Part shown: piece by piece, positions 18,753-32,700 of the stretch
Layout: every line of letters starts with the position of its first letter
Numbering within the stretch: the stretch's first letter is position 1
Source of the DNA: a virus
Taxonomy: Duplodnaviria > Caudoviricetes
IMG/VR virus record: IMGVR_UViG_3300023174_000194
Coordinates: 1 to 57,552 of that record
Reading direction: 5' to 3' (one strand)
Length of the DNA: 57,552 bases
Program-made: the position numbers and the translations under genes
The notes under the pieces: generated by a model
Told to the model about the DNA's origin: nothing
The model's input: only the letters and a program-made list of their open reading frames with translations
The model's database searches: none

Positions 18753-21700
18753 TAGACTACCTCACTCAAGTATAGTGTCATGTCTGGGCCCTGGCCTGAT
18801 TTAGAATACTGGATACTGTAAACAATAAACCTATCATTTCCACCCTTATTAATTCCATTTTCAAAATAATCAACCTTTACGATATCTCCAAGTTGCACTG
18901 TTGGTAATGCAAAAACTTTTACGCCAATGCTTCTTCTTGGTTTCATAATTTTTGATATTGTCCACTTCATCAAATCATTTGCGTCGTCCTGAGTCTGGAC
19001 ATACGGAACATTTAGGTTAAAGTCTTTTGTACCATAGGTAAGTCTGCTAACCTTTATATCTTCATAATCTTTTTTTGCTTTAAGTGGTGATTCTATCACT
19101 ACCCCATTGCTAATGTTTGGATCTGCTAAGTTAGAAAGTTTAGAAAAATATTCGTCAACCTTTAAAGAGTTTTGAGATGCCTGAGTAAATGTTACCCCTT
19201 GAATTCTTAGATAATTGCCAGAAGTTGAGTCTAGGCTTAAGAATGTGTCAGTTGCATTAAATACCATAAACTCTGCCCCATACGATCCCGCTCTAAATCC
19301 AGATATAGTATAACCCTTTAGGCTGTTAAATGTTGGAGACATCTTTGCATGAAGTGCAGGCCAAGCCTTGTCATATCTTACATTAAACAAAGATGCTTCA
19401 CGCATGATGGTTCCGAATTCTTCAAAATATATATTGTGTGAAGGAGAGTCTGAAGACTCAATACCAGATAAATATGTTGATTGAACAATACCACTCATTG
19501 AGTATTTTCTAAAAGACTCATTTACGGTTAAGTCTCCATCATCAAAGATTGAGTTTACTGGTGTGCTTAATGCATAAGCAGTATTTTTTGAATAGTTATG
19601 AGAAATAGCAAATACATTTTCAAACATCATCCTTGATCCACCTCTTACGAAAAGAGCCATATTATTATATATTGGAAGAGGAGATATATCATCTACAGTT
19701 TTTATCAGGTTATTGTTTATGTAAAGAAAAAATCTTCTAATAGAACCAATGTCCTGATACTCTACAGACAAATCGTAGACTGTTGGGTTCTCTTCTGCTG
19801 CTATTCTGTACTGACCAACAAAGTTTCCATCGTCCACTGTTATGCTTGTTAGTCCTTCCCAAAGTTTTACTGGAACTGCGTTGTCTCTAGCATCTTTTAA
19901 TATTTTATAAAAGAAAACATTGTTTACATTTGAATTTTCTTTATTGGTTAGTCCAGAGGATCCAAGGGCTGCAATTTCAAAATAGTATCCATTATTTGTT
20001 TCTGGATTTATTAGTACGGCCATGCCACCACCACCGCCAGATATGCTTATGCTTTTTGATGGATCGTCTCCTGGTATGACATAGTATGTTGAGTTTCCAG
20101 TAGAAGTTTGACTAGAGTCAAGATTGTTTTCTATTTTTCCAACTATTCTTACTCTTGTACCAAAATGTGTAAACTTGTTTGAAAGTTTTTTATATACATA
20201 TGAAACAAACTGGTTTGGAGTTGGATATGTTGTAAGTCCTGGGCCTGTAATTACCAACGCAGAAGATTGCACAGAGCCACTCTGTGTACTCTGTAGTGTA
20301 TTCACAACAGACTGATCTATGTATGTAGAAGATAGGAAATTTTTAATAACTCCATTTCTTGTTGTTTTTTTGGCAAGTTCATTACTTGTTAATGGCGTTC
20401 CAACAGCGGGTGTACCAAGATCAACAAAAGCAGTAAGCCCTGCAGCGCCTTGAGATAATCCTTCTGCACTTGTTGGAAGTTCTGAGGCAGATGAATTAAA
20501 AAGAACATCGGACTTCATAGTAACTCCACGAAGATTTGCGTTGTCATACCAGTAAGGGTTTAGCCCAGCACTATGAGAAACAATTGGCGTTCCAAATTGA
20601 CCTCTACCATGCTTAGCAACCTCTCCATTTCTTAATTTTAAGACTCCTCCAACTTCTTCATAGTTTGGCTCGGCATATATTCTTACAGATCCAGTTGGGT
20701 ACAACTTTCCATTGAATGGAACTTTTGAAAGATAAGAGGAGTATTCCTGAACATCTGTAATCCAAACATTTCCAACTCCAGCAACATTGTACTCTACTGC
20801 ATCATACTTAATAATTTCTCCATTTGCATAAAAGTATCCGTTATATCTTGACATCATGTATACGGCTTCGCCAAAATTCATTGTGTTATTTTGTAGCACA
20901 CGATTTACAACTACTGGCTTTTGATCTGAAAGGTTTGAGTTAAGGGGTATTGCTGCTAACATGTATGTTGACTGGCTTCCTACCTGGCCATTTGAGGATT
21001 TAAGATTTTGTTCCCCAGTTATTTCCCACAACAAAACTGGCTTATATGTGTAAGTTCTGTCATAATCAATTAGCATTGACTGACGAATAGAAGATATGGA
21101 TCTTTGAATAGATCTTGCTGTGTATGTAATTACGCCATCGTTATATGGCTGCGTTTCTTTTGTTGTAAACTCAATAATGTTAGCAAGTTTGTTATTGCTA
21201 TGAAAATTATTTACAATACCATTTTTCGTCTGATCCTTTGTTCCATACAAAGTAATGTCTGTTTCTCTTTCAGTTAAAGATGGCATTATGTAGTTCTTGC
21301 TCATTGTTATAAAGTTATTATACTCATCAAAAAACATTGCTGTCTGTGTAGAAATTGCTATATCCTCCAAGACTTGTGCAACGCTTGTATCTGGCGGAAC
21401 AAAGAAATATGGAATAATCATTTCTTTTTCTCCAGCAACTCTTCGGAATGTGTAATTTGAAAAGCCCGTTGAGTCTAACAATAATGATATTGCAGAACTT
21501 GTTGAAACATTTGTTAACAACATTTGTGGAGCAATAGAAGACTCTAGATGAAAGAACATATCTCTTAGAGTAATATCTGCCATCTTGTCTGAGTTTGAAA
21601 CCTCTGGAAATGACTCTGAATACATTGTCTTTATTGGAATGTAGTAATCATATCCCCCCAGATCAACAACTATGTCATAAAATTTAAACTGTATGTTTCT

Positions 21701-23089
21701 AGAAAGGTAATTTCTAATAATACTGTTTGGGTTTATTTCAGAAAAAGAATCATCAAAATCAAAAATCTTTAATTTACCTGTAGAAGCCAAGAGTTGCCCA
21801 ACAGGTAGACCACTAATACCCAAATCTGAAGCACTCTTTGTTACAGAAAAATCAACAACCATGTTGGTAATATTTGCTGAAAGTCTTGGAGATATTTCAA
21901 TAAGGTCAAATGTAGAATCTACTTTTGTCATGGTGTCTACAACAATTCTTATGCCACGAACATTTTCAAATTCACGGTATTTTTTTGCACTTTCTGAGGC
22001 AGATATATAATAACTTGGGCTTGTAAAGTCTGTAACAAAGTTTGTTAGTCTTGAAGTTTCTTCTTCTGCAAGTTGCCATCCATATGTTGGAACAAATGTT
22101 TCATAAATTCCATCGTTCCAAATATAGAATCTTCCAATTTGATTTGGATTTTCAATAAGTAAATAAGCATACCCATCAATATTTTTATCTGGAAGAACAG
22201 TAGTTGAAGATATTGTTTCGGCAAATGAGAATATTTTCTTATACTTATCTGGTACTTTTAAACCATACATAAGTTCTACATATCCATCGGAACCAATAAT
22301 TGGAGTTCCATCAGGCCTGGTTGTAGTTGCATTAAAAGACATTATGTCTACCCAGTTATTGTTTTTTAGTGTTTGAATCTTCCATTTTTTTGGAGTTGCT
22401 TTATTTGAATCACCGTAGAATGGATCTAAAAATGTTTTTCCATCCCATGTAAATGAGCCAAAATTTATGTCTCCTATATGCGTTTGCATCTTTACAACAA
22501 TCCTGTTTGTTGGAATGTCATTTTTGTAAACTACAAACGGAGCCGTGTCTTCTATAGAGTCTTGTCCATTGACTATCTTATTCGCAACACCGTATTCAAT
22601 GCTGTCTTCTTTTCGGTATGATGTCCAGTACTTAAATAAATCTTCTCTATCTGGCATATAGTATCTTGGTCTATTAGCCATACTGACATTTGAATTATGG
22701 ATATAAGATTTTCTCATAAACCTTGCTTTGTTGATTCCAGACCTTGGCCTAAACTGATTAAAACAATCTTCTAAAGAATAGATCATATTAAATTTTTCTT
22801 TTTTTGTTAATATTGTTGTTGGAATATTTTGATTTTCTTCATCTAGTCCACCATCAATTTTTATATCTGAGTCGGTTGCATTTGTGTAATATCCCCCATC
22901 ATCATTCATATCAAAGGTGTTTGGCAATAAAGAAAACTTTGATTCTGCCTGTGTTGGTCTATATCTATAGTTTCCAATTTTTTCTATATTAGATGCAATG
23001 TTCATGTTCCATTCAGCAATAATTGCAGAACGGCTTCTAATCGTTTGAGACTCTTCTAGGTGTTTCTGAAGTTCTTCATTTTTAAACAT
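18752..23089 (-). CDS. Large minor tail protein (tail tip / hub), 1445 aa
   Basis: Second gene after the tape measure; C-terminal PTVQLGDIVKV hub-type motif. Confidence 0.7.
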   Translation of the reverse strand: MFKNEELQKHLEESQTIRSRSAIIAEWNMNIASNIEKIGNYRYRPTQAESKFSLLPNTFDMNDDGGYYTNATDSDIKIDGGLDEENQNIPTTILTKKEKFNMIYSLEDCFNQFRPRSGINKARFMRKSYIHNSNVSMANRPRYYMPDREDLFKYWTSYRKEDSIEYGVANKIVNGQDSIEDTAPFVVYKNDIPTNRIVVKMQTHIGDINFGSFTWDGKTFLDPFYGDSNKATPKKWKIQTLKNNNWVDIMSFNATTTRPDGTPIIGSDGYVELMYGLKVPDKYKKIFSFAETISSTTVLPDKNIDGYAYLLIENPNQIGRFYIWNDGIYETFVPTYGWQLAEEETSRLTNFVTDFTSPSYYISASESAKKYREFENVRGIRIVVDTMTKVDSTFDLIEISPRLSANITNMVVDFSVTKSASDLGISGLPVGQLLASTGKLKIFDFDDSFSEINPNSIIRNYLSRNIQFKFYDIVVDLGGYDYYIPIKTMYSESFPEVSNSDKMADITLRDMFFHLESSIAPQMLLTNVSTSSAISLLLDSTGFSNYTFRRVAGEKEMIIPYFFVPPDTSVAQVLEDIAISTQTAMFFDEYNNFITMSKNYIMPSLTERETDITLYGTKDQTKNGIVNNFHSNNKLANIIEFTTKETQPYNDGVITYTARSIQRSISSIRQSMLIDYDRTYTYKPVLLWEITGEQNLKSSNGQVGSQSTYMLAAIPLNSNLSDQKPVVVNRVLQNNTMNFGEAVYMMSRYNGYFYANGEIIKYDAVEYNVAGVGNVWITDVQEYSSYLSKVPFNGKLYPTGSVRIYAEPNYEEVGGVLKLRNGEVAKHGRGQFGTPIVSHSAGLNPYWYDNANLRGVTMKSDVLFNSSASELPTSAEGLSQGAAGLTAFVDLGTPAVGTPLTSNELAKKTTRNGVIKNFLSSTYIDQSVVNTLQSTQSGSVQSSALVITGPGLTTYPTPNQFVSYVYKKLSNKFTHFGTRVRIVGKIENNLDSSQTSTGNSTYYVIPGDDPSKSISISGGGGGMAVLINPETNNGYYFEIAALGSSGLTNKENSNVNNVFFYKILKDARDNAVPVKLWEGLTSITVDDGNFVGQYRIAAEENPTVYDLSVEYQDIGSIRRFFLYINNNLIKTVDDISPLPIYNNMALFVRGGSRMMFENVFAISHNYSKNTAYALSTPVNSIFDDGDLTVNESFRKYSMSGIVQSTYLSGIESSDSPSHNIYFEEFGTIMREASLFNVRYDKAWPALHAKMSPTFNSLKGYTISGFRAGSYGAEFMVFNATDTFLSLDSTSGNYLRIQGVTFTQASQNSLKVDEYFSKLSNLADPNISNGVVIESPLKAKKDYEDIKVSRLTYGTKDFNLNVPYVQTQDDANDLMKWTISKIMKPRRSIGVKVFALPTVQLGDIVKVDYFENGINKGGNDRFIVYSIQYSKSGQGPDMTLYLSEVV

Positions 23090-23745
23090 TATGCTTCTTC
23101 CAAAGAAAAAGAAACATTCCAGAAATCATGCTTCTGTCCTCTTTTTGCAATTGTATAGTCAAACTTTGAAATGTATACCTCTACTATTTCATTGTATTGG
23201 TTTAGGTGTCCATAGGCTGCATTATCGTCCCCAAAATTATTATACTTATCGTAGGCTAAAAACATCCAGAAAGATCCAGTGTGATTTTCATACCAGTCAA
23301 GAAGTTCTGCTCCTCCTGCTCCACCATCTACAGTGTACTGCTGAGGTGCTGCTGTAGGCGTCCCTGAAGCCCCTATAAGAGTGCTTTTTCCTGTTGTGGT
23401 GTTAAAGTCTGGCCTTAATGCAAAAGCCCTTGAGGGGAGTTCAGTCCATGAAAAATCAAAGTTCATCTTATCAGCAATATGGTATGAACGCATATGGCCG
23501 TTAATCATTCTTTCTCTTTTTTCTATTCGGTTTGGGCTAACCCTAATCTCAGACCTATTATGGTCTGATAGAATTAAAAATTCATCTATTGTTGCTGGGT
23601 CAGTAACAGAACCTGGATCTTGTCCAATTTCAAAACCATTTGGAACATATAGTCCATTAACAAGAGTGCCAGGATTGTTAGAAAACAAAACAGCCTGTGG
23701 ACGACCATACTTGCGTCTACCTGTCATGTATGTTGAAGTAGCCAT
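23089..23745 (-). CDS. Distal tail (Dit-like) protein
   Basis: Directly after the tape measure; RMINGHMR..FSWTELP..WNVSFSLEEA. Confidence 0.65.
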   Translation of the reverse strand: MATSTYMTGRRKYGRPQAVLFSNNPGTLVNGLYVPNGFEIGQDPGSVTDPATIDEFLILSDHNRSEIRVSPNRIEKRERMINGHMRSYHIADKMNFDFSWTELPSRAFALRPDFNTTTGKSTLIGASGTPTAAPQQYTVDGGAGGAELLDWYENHTGSFWMFLAYDKYNNFGDDNAAYGHLNQYNEIVEVYISKFDYTIAKRGQKHDFWNVSFSLEEA

Positions 23746-26700
23746 TATATTCTAGTCCCCCTCATTCTTTGTGAATCTATCTGCTGAATTTGTGCAATAA
23801 CAGTCTTAGCAATTTGATCTGGATTTGCATCAGATTTAACATTAACACTTAGGTTATAATTATACACTGAATCTCCCACACTTGAACCTGAATTAATTGC
23901 CTTCATCTTATCTGTACCGTGACTATTTACAGCATACTTGCTCATCACAAACTCTCCTGGAGTTAACATTGCTGGAATTGTGTCTGTTCCTTGTGCATAT
24001 CCACCTACCGCAAAATATTTAGGAACAAGTCCTCCTGAAGAAAAACCTCCATACCTTCTTGCAAGTCCTTCTGCTTTTGCAGCGTACTGAGCATTTTGTT
24101 TTTCTAGCGCTAAAAGACGGGCTGCTTCTGCTGCATCTGCTGCTGCTTTGGCTGCTGCTGCTGCTCTTCTTGCAATGCTATCATCGCCTGAAGTACGTTC
24201 AGCAATGTCAGCAAGTCGTTTGTCTTCTGCAGCCTTTGCTGCTGCTGCTGCAGCAGCGCCTGCATCATCTCCGCCATATCCCTTCATCCATCCAACATCA
24301 TCGCCACCCCAACCATAATCTCCTTGAGGTTTATCTGGCTTTTTCCATCCACCTTTACCATCTGAAATCCATGCTGAGCCAGGTGCCTTCGTTGGAGTAG
24401 GTGTTGGAGTAGGTGTTGGTAAACCAAGTGCAGCACCATATGTAGTAACTATGTGCTGTGTTATAGTTACAGACTTATCTTTAATTGCATCATAGGCTTC
24501 TCTTATCTTTTCCCATGAGCCTTTAATACCAGTAGATTTTGCGTCCATCGCTGCAAGTGCTAATGCAAGTTTTCCTTCTGCAAGTTTTTGGGTTGCCTCT
24601 GCTTCTATCTTTATTGCTTCCCAATCTTTTCTAGTTCTTTCATTAATAATTCTATTTGCATCATTAATTGCGATCTGTTTAAATAGTAGGTCACTTTGTG
24701 TTTGCAGTGGAAGAATCTTATCTTGAATTGCCTTAAGATCGTTTTGTTGAGTTAACAGAGTGCCAAATGTGATTGCAGCAATTGCATCTGTTTTAACTTG
24801 AATTGCATCAAGTGCTATTTGTTTATTTTGTTCTAGAGTATATATGGAGTCTTGTATTGCAAGAATTTGTTTATCTACTGCAGCCTTTTGAAGTTCTAGG
24901 TTGTAAGTTTTTTGACTAATATCATATTGCTCTGCTGCAATATCTTTCTGAGATAAACCGCTGACTCCTCCACGAAGACTACCAACCTCATTCTCTCTTG
25001 CTTTTTGTAAAGCATCTTGTGCGCTGGTTGCATAGTTTGCTGCATTTGAGGCTCGCATATCTTGAATTGCTTTTGCTGCTCCTGAAATATCTCCTTGTGA
25101 AAGGGCATCTGCCAAGCCAAGTTGCTGTTGCTGTTGGCTAATAATCTGCTGATTAATTTCAGAAACTTTTGTTAATGCTTCTTGTTGCTTATCATATTTT
25201 TCATTGATTGCTTCTGCAGCCTTGTTCATGACATCTAAGTCATGAGAGAGTACTGCAGATCTTTCTTGTAGCGCTTGGATTGGTCTAGTAAAGTTAAGTT
25301 CAGCACTTCTTGTTAACTTATCTATATCTCTTTGTTTCTTTTCAATTGGTCTAGTAAAGTCTTGCTCAATTTTTCTTTGATCTGCCTCAACTGATTTTTG
25401 CATATCATCAATTTTGGATTGAGTTGCATTAATAGCATCTTGTGCAATCTTGGAGTCATTATTTAGACTTTCTATCATAACCTGAAGACCAGCAAAAGTA
25501 TTTCCCTGTTCGTTCTTTAAAGAGTTTTCTTCAATTTGTTTGTAGGCATCGAACATTTCTGCTGCAGCATTTGCTGCGTTAATTGCTATCTCTTCTTTTG
25601 ATTGAGTAAACATAATCTCAATAATTTTTCTTTCTGGTATTTCATCAATTTGTGAAAGCAAATGGTTAAATTCATCTTGAGCGTCTTTTGCAAGAGTAGC
25701 AAAATTATCCATACCATTAATTAATGTATCTAGCATTGCTGGATCTGATATTGCTTCTCTAATACCTTGTGCATCCATTCCTGCCTGTTGCATCATTGCA
25801 ACAACTTCTGGAATTCTCTTTTGATTAGCCGTTACTTTTTGCAAATCCTTTTGACCAGCAACTGCCCCATTTATTTGATTTCTAATTCTTACTTGCTTTG
25901 TGAGTGAAGCATTAACTTCTAATTCTGCTTTTGCCACCTTGCCTGTAGCAATAAGTGTCTTATAATTTTCATCTGCAAGCATTGTCTGAATATCTAGTTC
26001 ATCATATCCTAGTGCTAAAAGTTTTCCTCTTGCTGCAATCTCCTGCTGTGCTAGTGTTACAGACTTAAGTTGTTCCTTATTGTAGTCTCCAATAATAGCC
26101 TTCTTGTATCCCTGCTCCATATCTCTACCCGCTTGAGTAAGAACAGTATCTCCTGCTTTAAACTCCTGGTACTTTGTAACCATCTTTCCAGTTTCAGGAT
26201 CTACCTGAGTATATTTTTGCTTACCCTTTTTCTTTTTTACATCAGCAGCAGTTGCTGTATAGGCAAATTTCTTTAAGTCTTTTGTATCAAGGCCAGCAAG
26301 GTAGTCTGTAAACTGGCTAGTCTGACCCATCTTAATTAACTGTTGCTCAAGACCCTTAAACTTATTTCCAACAGCCTTGCTTCCTGTTGCTGCAATGGCT
26401 CTTTGAAGTTCCTTAAATCCAAGGGAGGCATCGATTGCGGCGTTACGTACGTTTCTAAGACGCTTTAGGATATCGTCGTAAGTTGTGTCTCTATCTTTTG
26501 TGATGGTGGTGTCCGTCTTCATATTTTTAGGATCATTTTTTGGATCAGCATAAAGAATATTTAAATCTAGTGCTCTTTCTCCTGGTCCCTTTTTATCATA
26601 TAGTTCACGTAATTTGTCTGCTGCTTTAACGTAAGCAGCGGATCCATCAACTAGTAATCTTGTGTCATCTCCAATTTGCATTTGCTGAAGGACCCAAGCC

Positions 26701-29700
26701 TCTTTTTGGGCTTTAATCTGATCTGCTGTTAGACTGTTTTGTTGTGCATATGTAATTGCTAAAGATTGAATCCACTCTATTTGTCTTTCTCGTGACATTT
26801 TTTGAAATATTGCCATTTTTTCACCGTCTGCTTGCAGGGCCTCAATTGCTGGTGCTGATGCAATATCGCTACTCTTTGCTTTTTCTAATATGTCTTTTGA
26901 TTCTTCTTCTTTACTCTTTGGTTTCTTTTTATCTTGTTTATCTTGTTTATCTTGTTTTTCTAGGTCTGTCTTTATTTTTTCAACAGCCTCAACTCTTTTC
27001 TTTATTTCTTCTAATACTGGTCCTCCACCCTTTAACAAAAGTTCCATGTCAATAGTTATTCCGTCTAAACCTTTTATTTTGGCTAAGGCTTCCATTGTAG
27101 CGTCAAATTGTGCTGGATCTTTTTTATTTAAAACAATATACTGAACAAGAGATGAGCCTAATTTTTTATTTTTAAACTCTGTAAACATATTAAATAATTC
27201 TTTTGTTTTTCCAGTTCCATGTTCTAAAATTGACAGATTTAGTACTTGTGACAACTCTCCAAGATTTGATCCAAAAAGATCAATCATTGAGTTTGCGTCT
27301 TCTGGTGAAAGAATTTTTCCTCCAACAAGAAGTTCCATTTTTGCCTGAAGTTGCTGTGCTTGGAATTGTCCAGTAAGACCATTTGACTTAAAGACACCGT
27401 TTTTATCTGTCTTTCCAAGATCAGTAAATGCTTCTGTTTTATTTAAAAATTTCTCTGAAGCCTTTTCTTGATTAGTGCCCTTGTATGTATTTTGAACAAC
27501 TGCTCTTGATGAATCAAAAAATGCATCTTCTTTTTGAGATCCAGAACCAATTGAGAGGCTACTATAGTTTTTCTTAAAATCTGCTTCCCCTGCTATTATT
27601 TGATTTAATATGGCAGTGTTCATTGCCTGTTCATTGGCTGGTGCTGCTTTGACTAATATATCAAGTTCTTTTTGTAAATCTAATTTTTTCTGCAAGTTTG
27701 CAGTAGATGCTATTTCTGTTTCTAGTTTTTTCTTTTGTGTTTCATATTCAAGTGCTACTTGATCTGCCAGCATAGATGCCATTTCAAGATTATTCATATT
27801 ATATGCTGCAGCAGCAGCAATATCTTTTCTTTGTTGTGTAAAAGATGTATCTTTCTTTTCGGAGTTGGCTAGGGCTTTGTTGCTTCTTGCTCTTGCATTT
27901 GCTAATAACATAAGTCTTGCTTTAACTGGTTCCTTCTTAAGGTTTTCTCCGTTTGGACCAATAAGAGTTTTCATTTCTCCAATCACTTGTAGTGAAATAC
28001 TTTGTTTTCCTAATGATATTCCCAGGGCTTGAGCAATGCTATCTGCTTGATCTCCAGTTAATACACCATCGGCTACTTGTGTTGCTAACTTTAATGCAAG
28101 ATCATCTACTGCTTTTGTTTCTCCAAACTTTGCCATATTTTCTTTAAATATTTTCTTTGTATCTTTTCCAAGATCTGAACCCAGAAACTTTTTGCCAAAT
28201 GGATCTTGACTTTTAAAGTCTTCATTATACTTTTTATACTGAGAACCCTGTCGTCTTCTATCCATAATTTGAGAGGCACCAACTTTACCAGTCATCTCTC
28301 CCATCTTCTTCATGCTTTCTCTAGTAGCAGATGTTTGAATTGCAAATTTTCCTGCTGCTGCAGCCATGTCATTAAAGTGCTTGTTAAGCATATATGCTCC
28401 AGCACCAACTGCCATAATTCCTGCTGCAGCCCAACCTACTGGACCCATGCCTGCAAGCATAGGTGCAAACTGTGCAACAGTAGTTGCTGCTCCTAGTGCT
28501 GCTGTAACTTGTGGTGGTGCTCCTACCATGCCTGCAACCATTGTGGCTGCTCCTAGTGCTCCAGTTGCTTTACCAGAATACTTGCCAACCTTTTCTCTAC
28601 GCATGCCACGCTTCTTCTTTTTAATCTGTCTTTCAGTCATAGTTGTTGGTTGTTTTTTGCCATTTGCATCTAACTCTGGATCAAATAGTATGTGTCCATT
28701 TTTGTCTTGTGTGTACCCTGGGTTTTCTGGAGTTCCATCACCATAGGCTTCAAGTAGGGCTTGATCTTTAGTGTATCTCTTTTTACCTGTTTGGCTAAAA
28801 TCACTGCCTGCTGCAAGAGCAGCATTTTGCTGCGCCAGTTGTCCATTCATTTGCTCTCTTAAAAACTTTTCTTGTTCTTGTAGTTTAACTATTTCTTCTT
28901 GAGACATTGCTGTATCTATTGTAGAATCATGAATGTCTCCAGTAGTTCCTACAATTGCATCATTTAGAGTTGCTGTTGTAACTACATTATCTAAGTTGTC
29001 TGTTTGTGCTGGAATAATATCCCCAGTGACTGTTGCAAGTTCATCTGTCTGATCTGCAACCAATAGTGTTGAGTCTGCTGTATCATTTGTTCCATCAACA
29101 ATTCTTCTTAGTCCGTCACCTTGCTCTACAGTTCCATTTGCAATAAGTTCTTGCTCTTTTTTAATTTTTGCTGGAGTCTTTACTGGATCTTGAATTATTT
29201 GTTCTTGTGTCTTGCCTGGTTGTGCTGCAGTAATTCCTTGCTCTGCCAATTGTTGTCTTACTTTTGCATACTCTAATTCTGCAGCATTAGCCTTTTCTTT
29301 AGCAGCAAGAACTTGTTCATCTGTAATAGTAGTTGGTGATCCAGTACGTTTTTGTTTTGCTTGTTCATTTTCAAGTGCTGCTGCTCGTGCTCTAGTGATT
29401 GCTGCTTCGTTTTCAGCCTTGTCTGCTTCTTCACGAGCCTTACCAATATTTACTGTATTACCTTTTATTGTAACCCTAGACTTACTCTCATCTCTAATTT
29501 GCTGAACTACTTGAGTTTCTGCTGCAACTGCTTCTTCAGTTTTAACTGCTAACTGGTCTGCTGCTGTTTCAGTTCTTTTTGTTGAAGCAATTATTAATGA
29601 TGAGGTTTGAGATGTGACTGGAGTTTCTGACACAGAGTCTACTGTTGTTGTAGCCCCAAGTTTTCTTCTTTGTCTATCTTGAGACTTAAGCACTTGTCTT

Positions 29701-32700
29701 TGGTCACGCATTTCTGGAGTATTGATGTCATCGTAGAATGCTTTATTTGTAAGATCCATCTTGTCAACTTTTGCTTGTGTTTCTGCTGCTGTTGGGAGTG
29801 CTGCATCGGTAAGTTGTGATGACTGAGCCTTAACTCCATCCTTGCCGTCTGCTAAGCCAAGAGCAAGACCATCAGCAATATCTTTACCAAGTCTTTGAGT
29901 TCTTTTTGATGGTGACTTTGTTTCTGCTTTTAGTTCGGCTGCAGTGAGGTCTGCATCAACCTGATTTGCAATACCTTCTGGAGCCATTGTTCCTAGCAAT
30001 TTAGGATCTTCTGGTCTTGCTTCATGATTAAGTATCTTTGCATTGTTTGGATTTGTTCCAAGGCTTCCAGCGCCATTTGCCTTAAGCATTGCATTTATTT
30101 CATCAAAGTCTTGTCCAAGGCTTATTCTTATTGCTGTAATACTTTGTTTTGCTTGATCCACTATTCCCGCAAATTCTGGCGCAAGTCTTTGCATATCTGC
30201 TGTTACTTGAGATTCAAGTGATTTAAATGTAGCATCATTAAAAATTTCTGGTACTTTTTTATTAGCATTATCTGCATTCCATTGTTTTAGTTTTTCTAAT
30301 AATAAATTATCATAGGTCTCTGCTTGTCCTTTTAGTTTATCAAAATCTCCACCCATCATTTCAGTCATGGCTCGCCATTTTCCTGCGCCAGTCTTTTCAA
30401 AATCTGCCTGGAAATCTCTTCCTAAACTTCCTGCTCCATTCTTAGCCTCATAAGACTGAGACTTTCCTCTAGTTGACATTGCATTATTTAATTTTCCTTG
30501 TAGCATAAATCCATGAGCATCTGCAACTTTAAGTTCTGGCATAGTACCATCCCCACTGCCACCACCATCGCCATAGAATTTTTTAATAAGTTCTACTTGA
30601 TTTCTAGCCTCTGGACTTAACCTTAATCCATCACCTTCACTTGCATCAACCTTCTTGGTTTGTCCAACATGCGAAAACTCTTGTCTTTGTAGTTGATCAA
30701 ACTTTGGATGGTAGGCTCCCATTCTACTTGAACCTTTTGCTGGATCAAACTTCTTTCCAATTTCTGCAATCGTTTCTTCAGTTACTTTGCCAGTCGCTGT
30801 TTTAACTTCTGTAATAATTGTTTTAAAGTCAGAAATAATTGAGTCACGAATTTCTTCTAAGGCTTTAGATGAAGTATCTGATACATCTTTTCCAGTTGCA
30901 TCAGCATATTTTATTAAAGCATTCTTGCTTAACTGTCTAATTCTTCCAAGTTCGTTTTCTATATAGTCTTGAGTAGTCGAATCTCCAGCAGCCTGTCCAG
31001 CGCTATAAGTTTTGTCTGCTTGACTTGCGCTTTCTCTATACCTGCCCGTTTTAAAACCTGGAAGAGCATCTCCCATTATTGCCTTTAGTAACGGTCCATA
31101 TTTCTTTGACTGTGCTGATGGAACAATAGTTTCTCCTGGTGCAACTAGTGCAAGAATACTATCTCCTGCAGATTCATTACCTGGAACTTTTCCATCTGCA
31201 AACTTTGGTAAACCAGATACTGCACCCTTTGGTCCTGGCACAGTATTAAATAATCCTGGTGAACCAGATGCAAGGGCTCTAGCCTGTGATGCTGCATTCT
31301 GATATGCTGCTGCTAGAAGTTCTACAGATGTTTTTTCAACATTAAATGTTGATATTAAATCAGTGTGTGATACATGGAGTGCTTGAGTTTGCGCTAGGTT
31401 TTCTGTTTCTGCCTGAGTTAAATAATCAAACCCTCCACCCAAAACATTATTTTGACCATTAAGTTTTGCAACTCCGCCACGAAGCATAGCAAAGAATTTG
31501 ATAAGGTTTGCAACACCGTTAGCAACAAGACCAACAGTCATCAAAAGAATTGGTGCAATTCCACCAATAACTCCAATAAATCCAACAACAAATTTCTTTG
31601 TTCCATCACTAAGATTATTAAACCTTTCTAAAATTTTAGTAGCAAATTGAACAACTGGGGTTATTGCTTGTAAAAAGGCTTTTCCAATTGGCATAAGTTG
31701 TATCTTTAAGTTTTCAAGTTGTTTCTGGAATTTTACTCCAACAGCATTTTCTACTTTACCAAGTTCTCGCTCAGAAAGAATTGCTAGTTCTTCAACAGAT
31801 GCTCCTGCAAGTGCAAGTGCTTTTCCTGCTTGACCAGCATCTTTTGTAACATTTTGAAATAGTGTTGACAAACGGGCAAACTGGAATTTGCCAAACATTT
31901 GTTCAATTGCTCTTGCACGGTTAAGAGGATCAAGTGTATCTAGCGCTCTTGCAAAACCAATAACAGTATTTTTTAAGTTTCCAGCATTTGCTTCTACAAT
32001 TCCTTTAACATTAATGCCAAATCCTGCAAGCATTTCACTTGCTTTTTTAGATGGATTAATTAAAGATGCAAGACCAGACTTAAGTGCATTAGCACCTTCT
32101 GAAGCGTTGATTCCACCTTCTTTCATTGCAGTCATAAAGAATGCAAGATCTTCTACAGATCCACCAAGTTGCTTTACAACTGGACCAGCCTTTGGAATTG
32201 CTGTTGTTAAATCTTCAATAGATAAAACGGTTTGGTTTTCTACGGCGTTAAGATAGTTAATCTTTTTTGCTAATTCATCTGCAGATATACCAAAAACATT
32301 TTGAAGAGAAATAGTTGTCAAAAGTGCTTGCTGTTGATCTACTTGGCCAAGCACAGAAAGTCTTGTTGCCTGTGTAACTTGTGCAACTAGATCTCCGCCT
32401 GTAAGACCCATTGCTGCAGCCTTGGCTGCCATATCCATGGTATCTTTAACAGCAATTCCAAATTTTGTAAACTCTTTTCCAAGCAACTTAATATCTTCAA
32501 TAGCCTTATCAGTATCTCCAATGCTTGTTGTCATATCTCCATAAACTCTTGAGAATGCAACTGTTGCTTGTTCCATTTCTCTAAATACCTTGGCTGCTGT
32601 GGAACCAAGAATTGATAGAGGAATGGTCAAACCAACCATTAACTGACGGCCTGCCCACTGAGTATTCTTACCAAAGTTTAAGAGTTGAGTTGAGCCTTGC

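Noticed and set aside
26930-26960. 9-nt tandem repeat (QDK)x3 in the tape measure
   Set aside because: A short in-frame slippage in a charged linker with no evidence of function.
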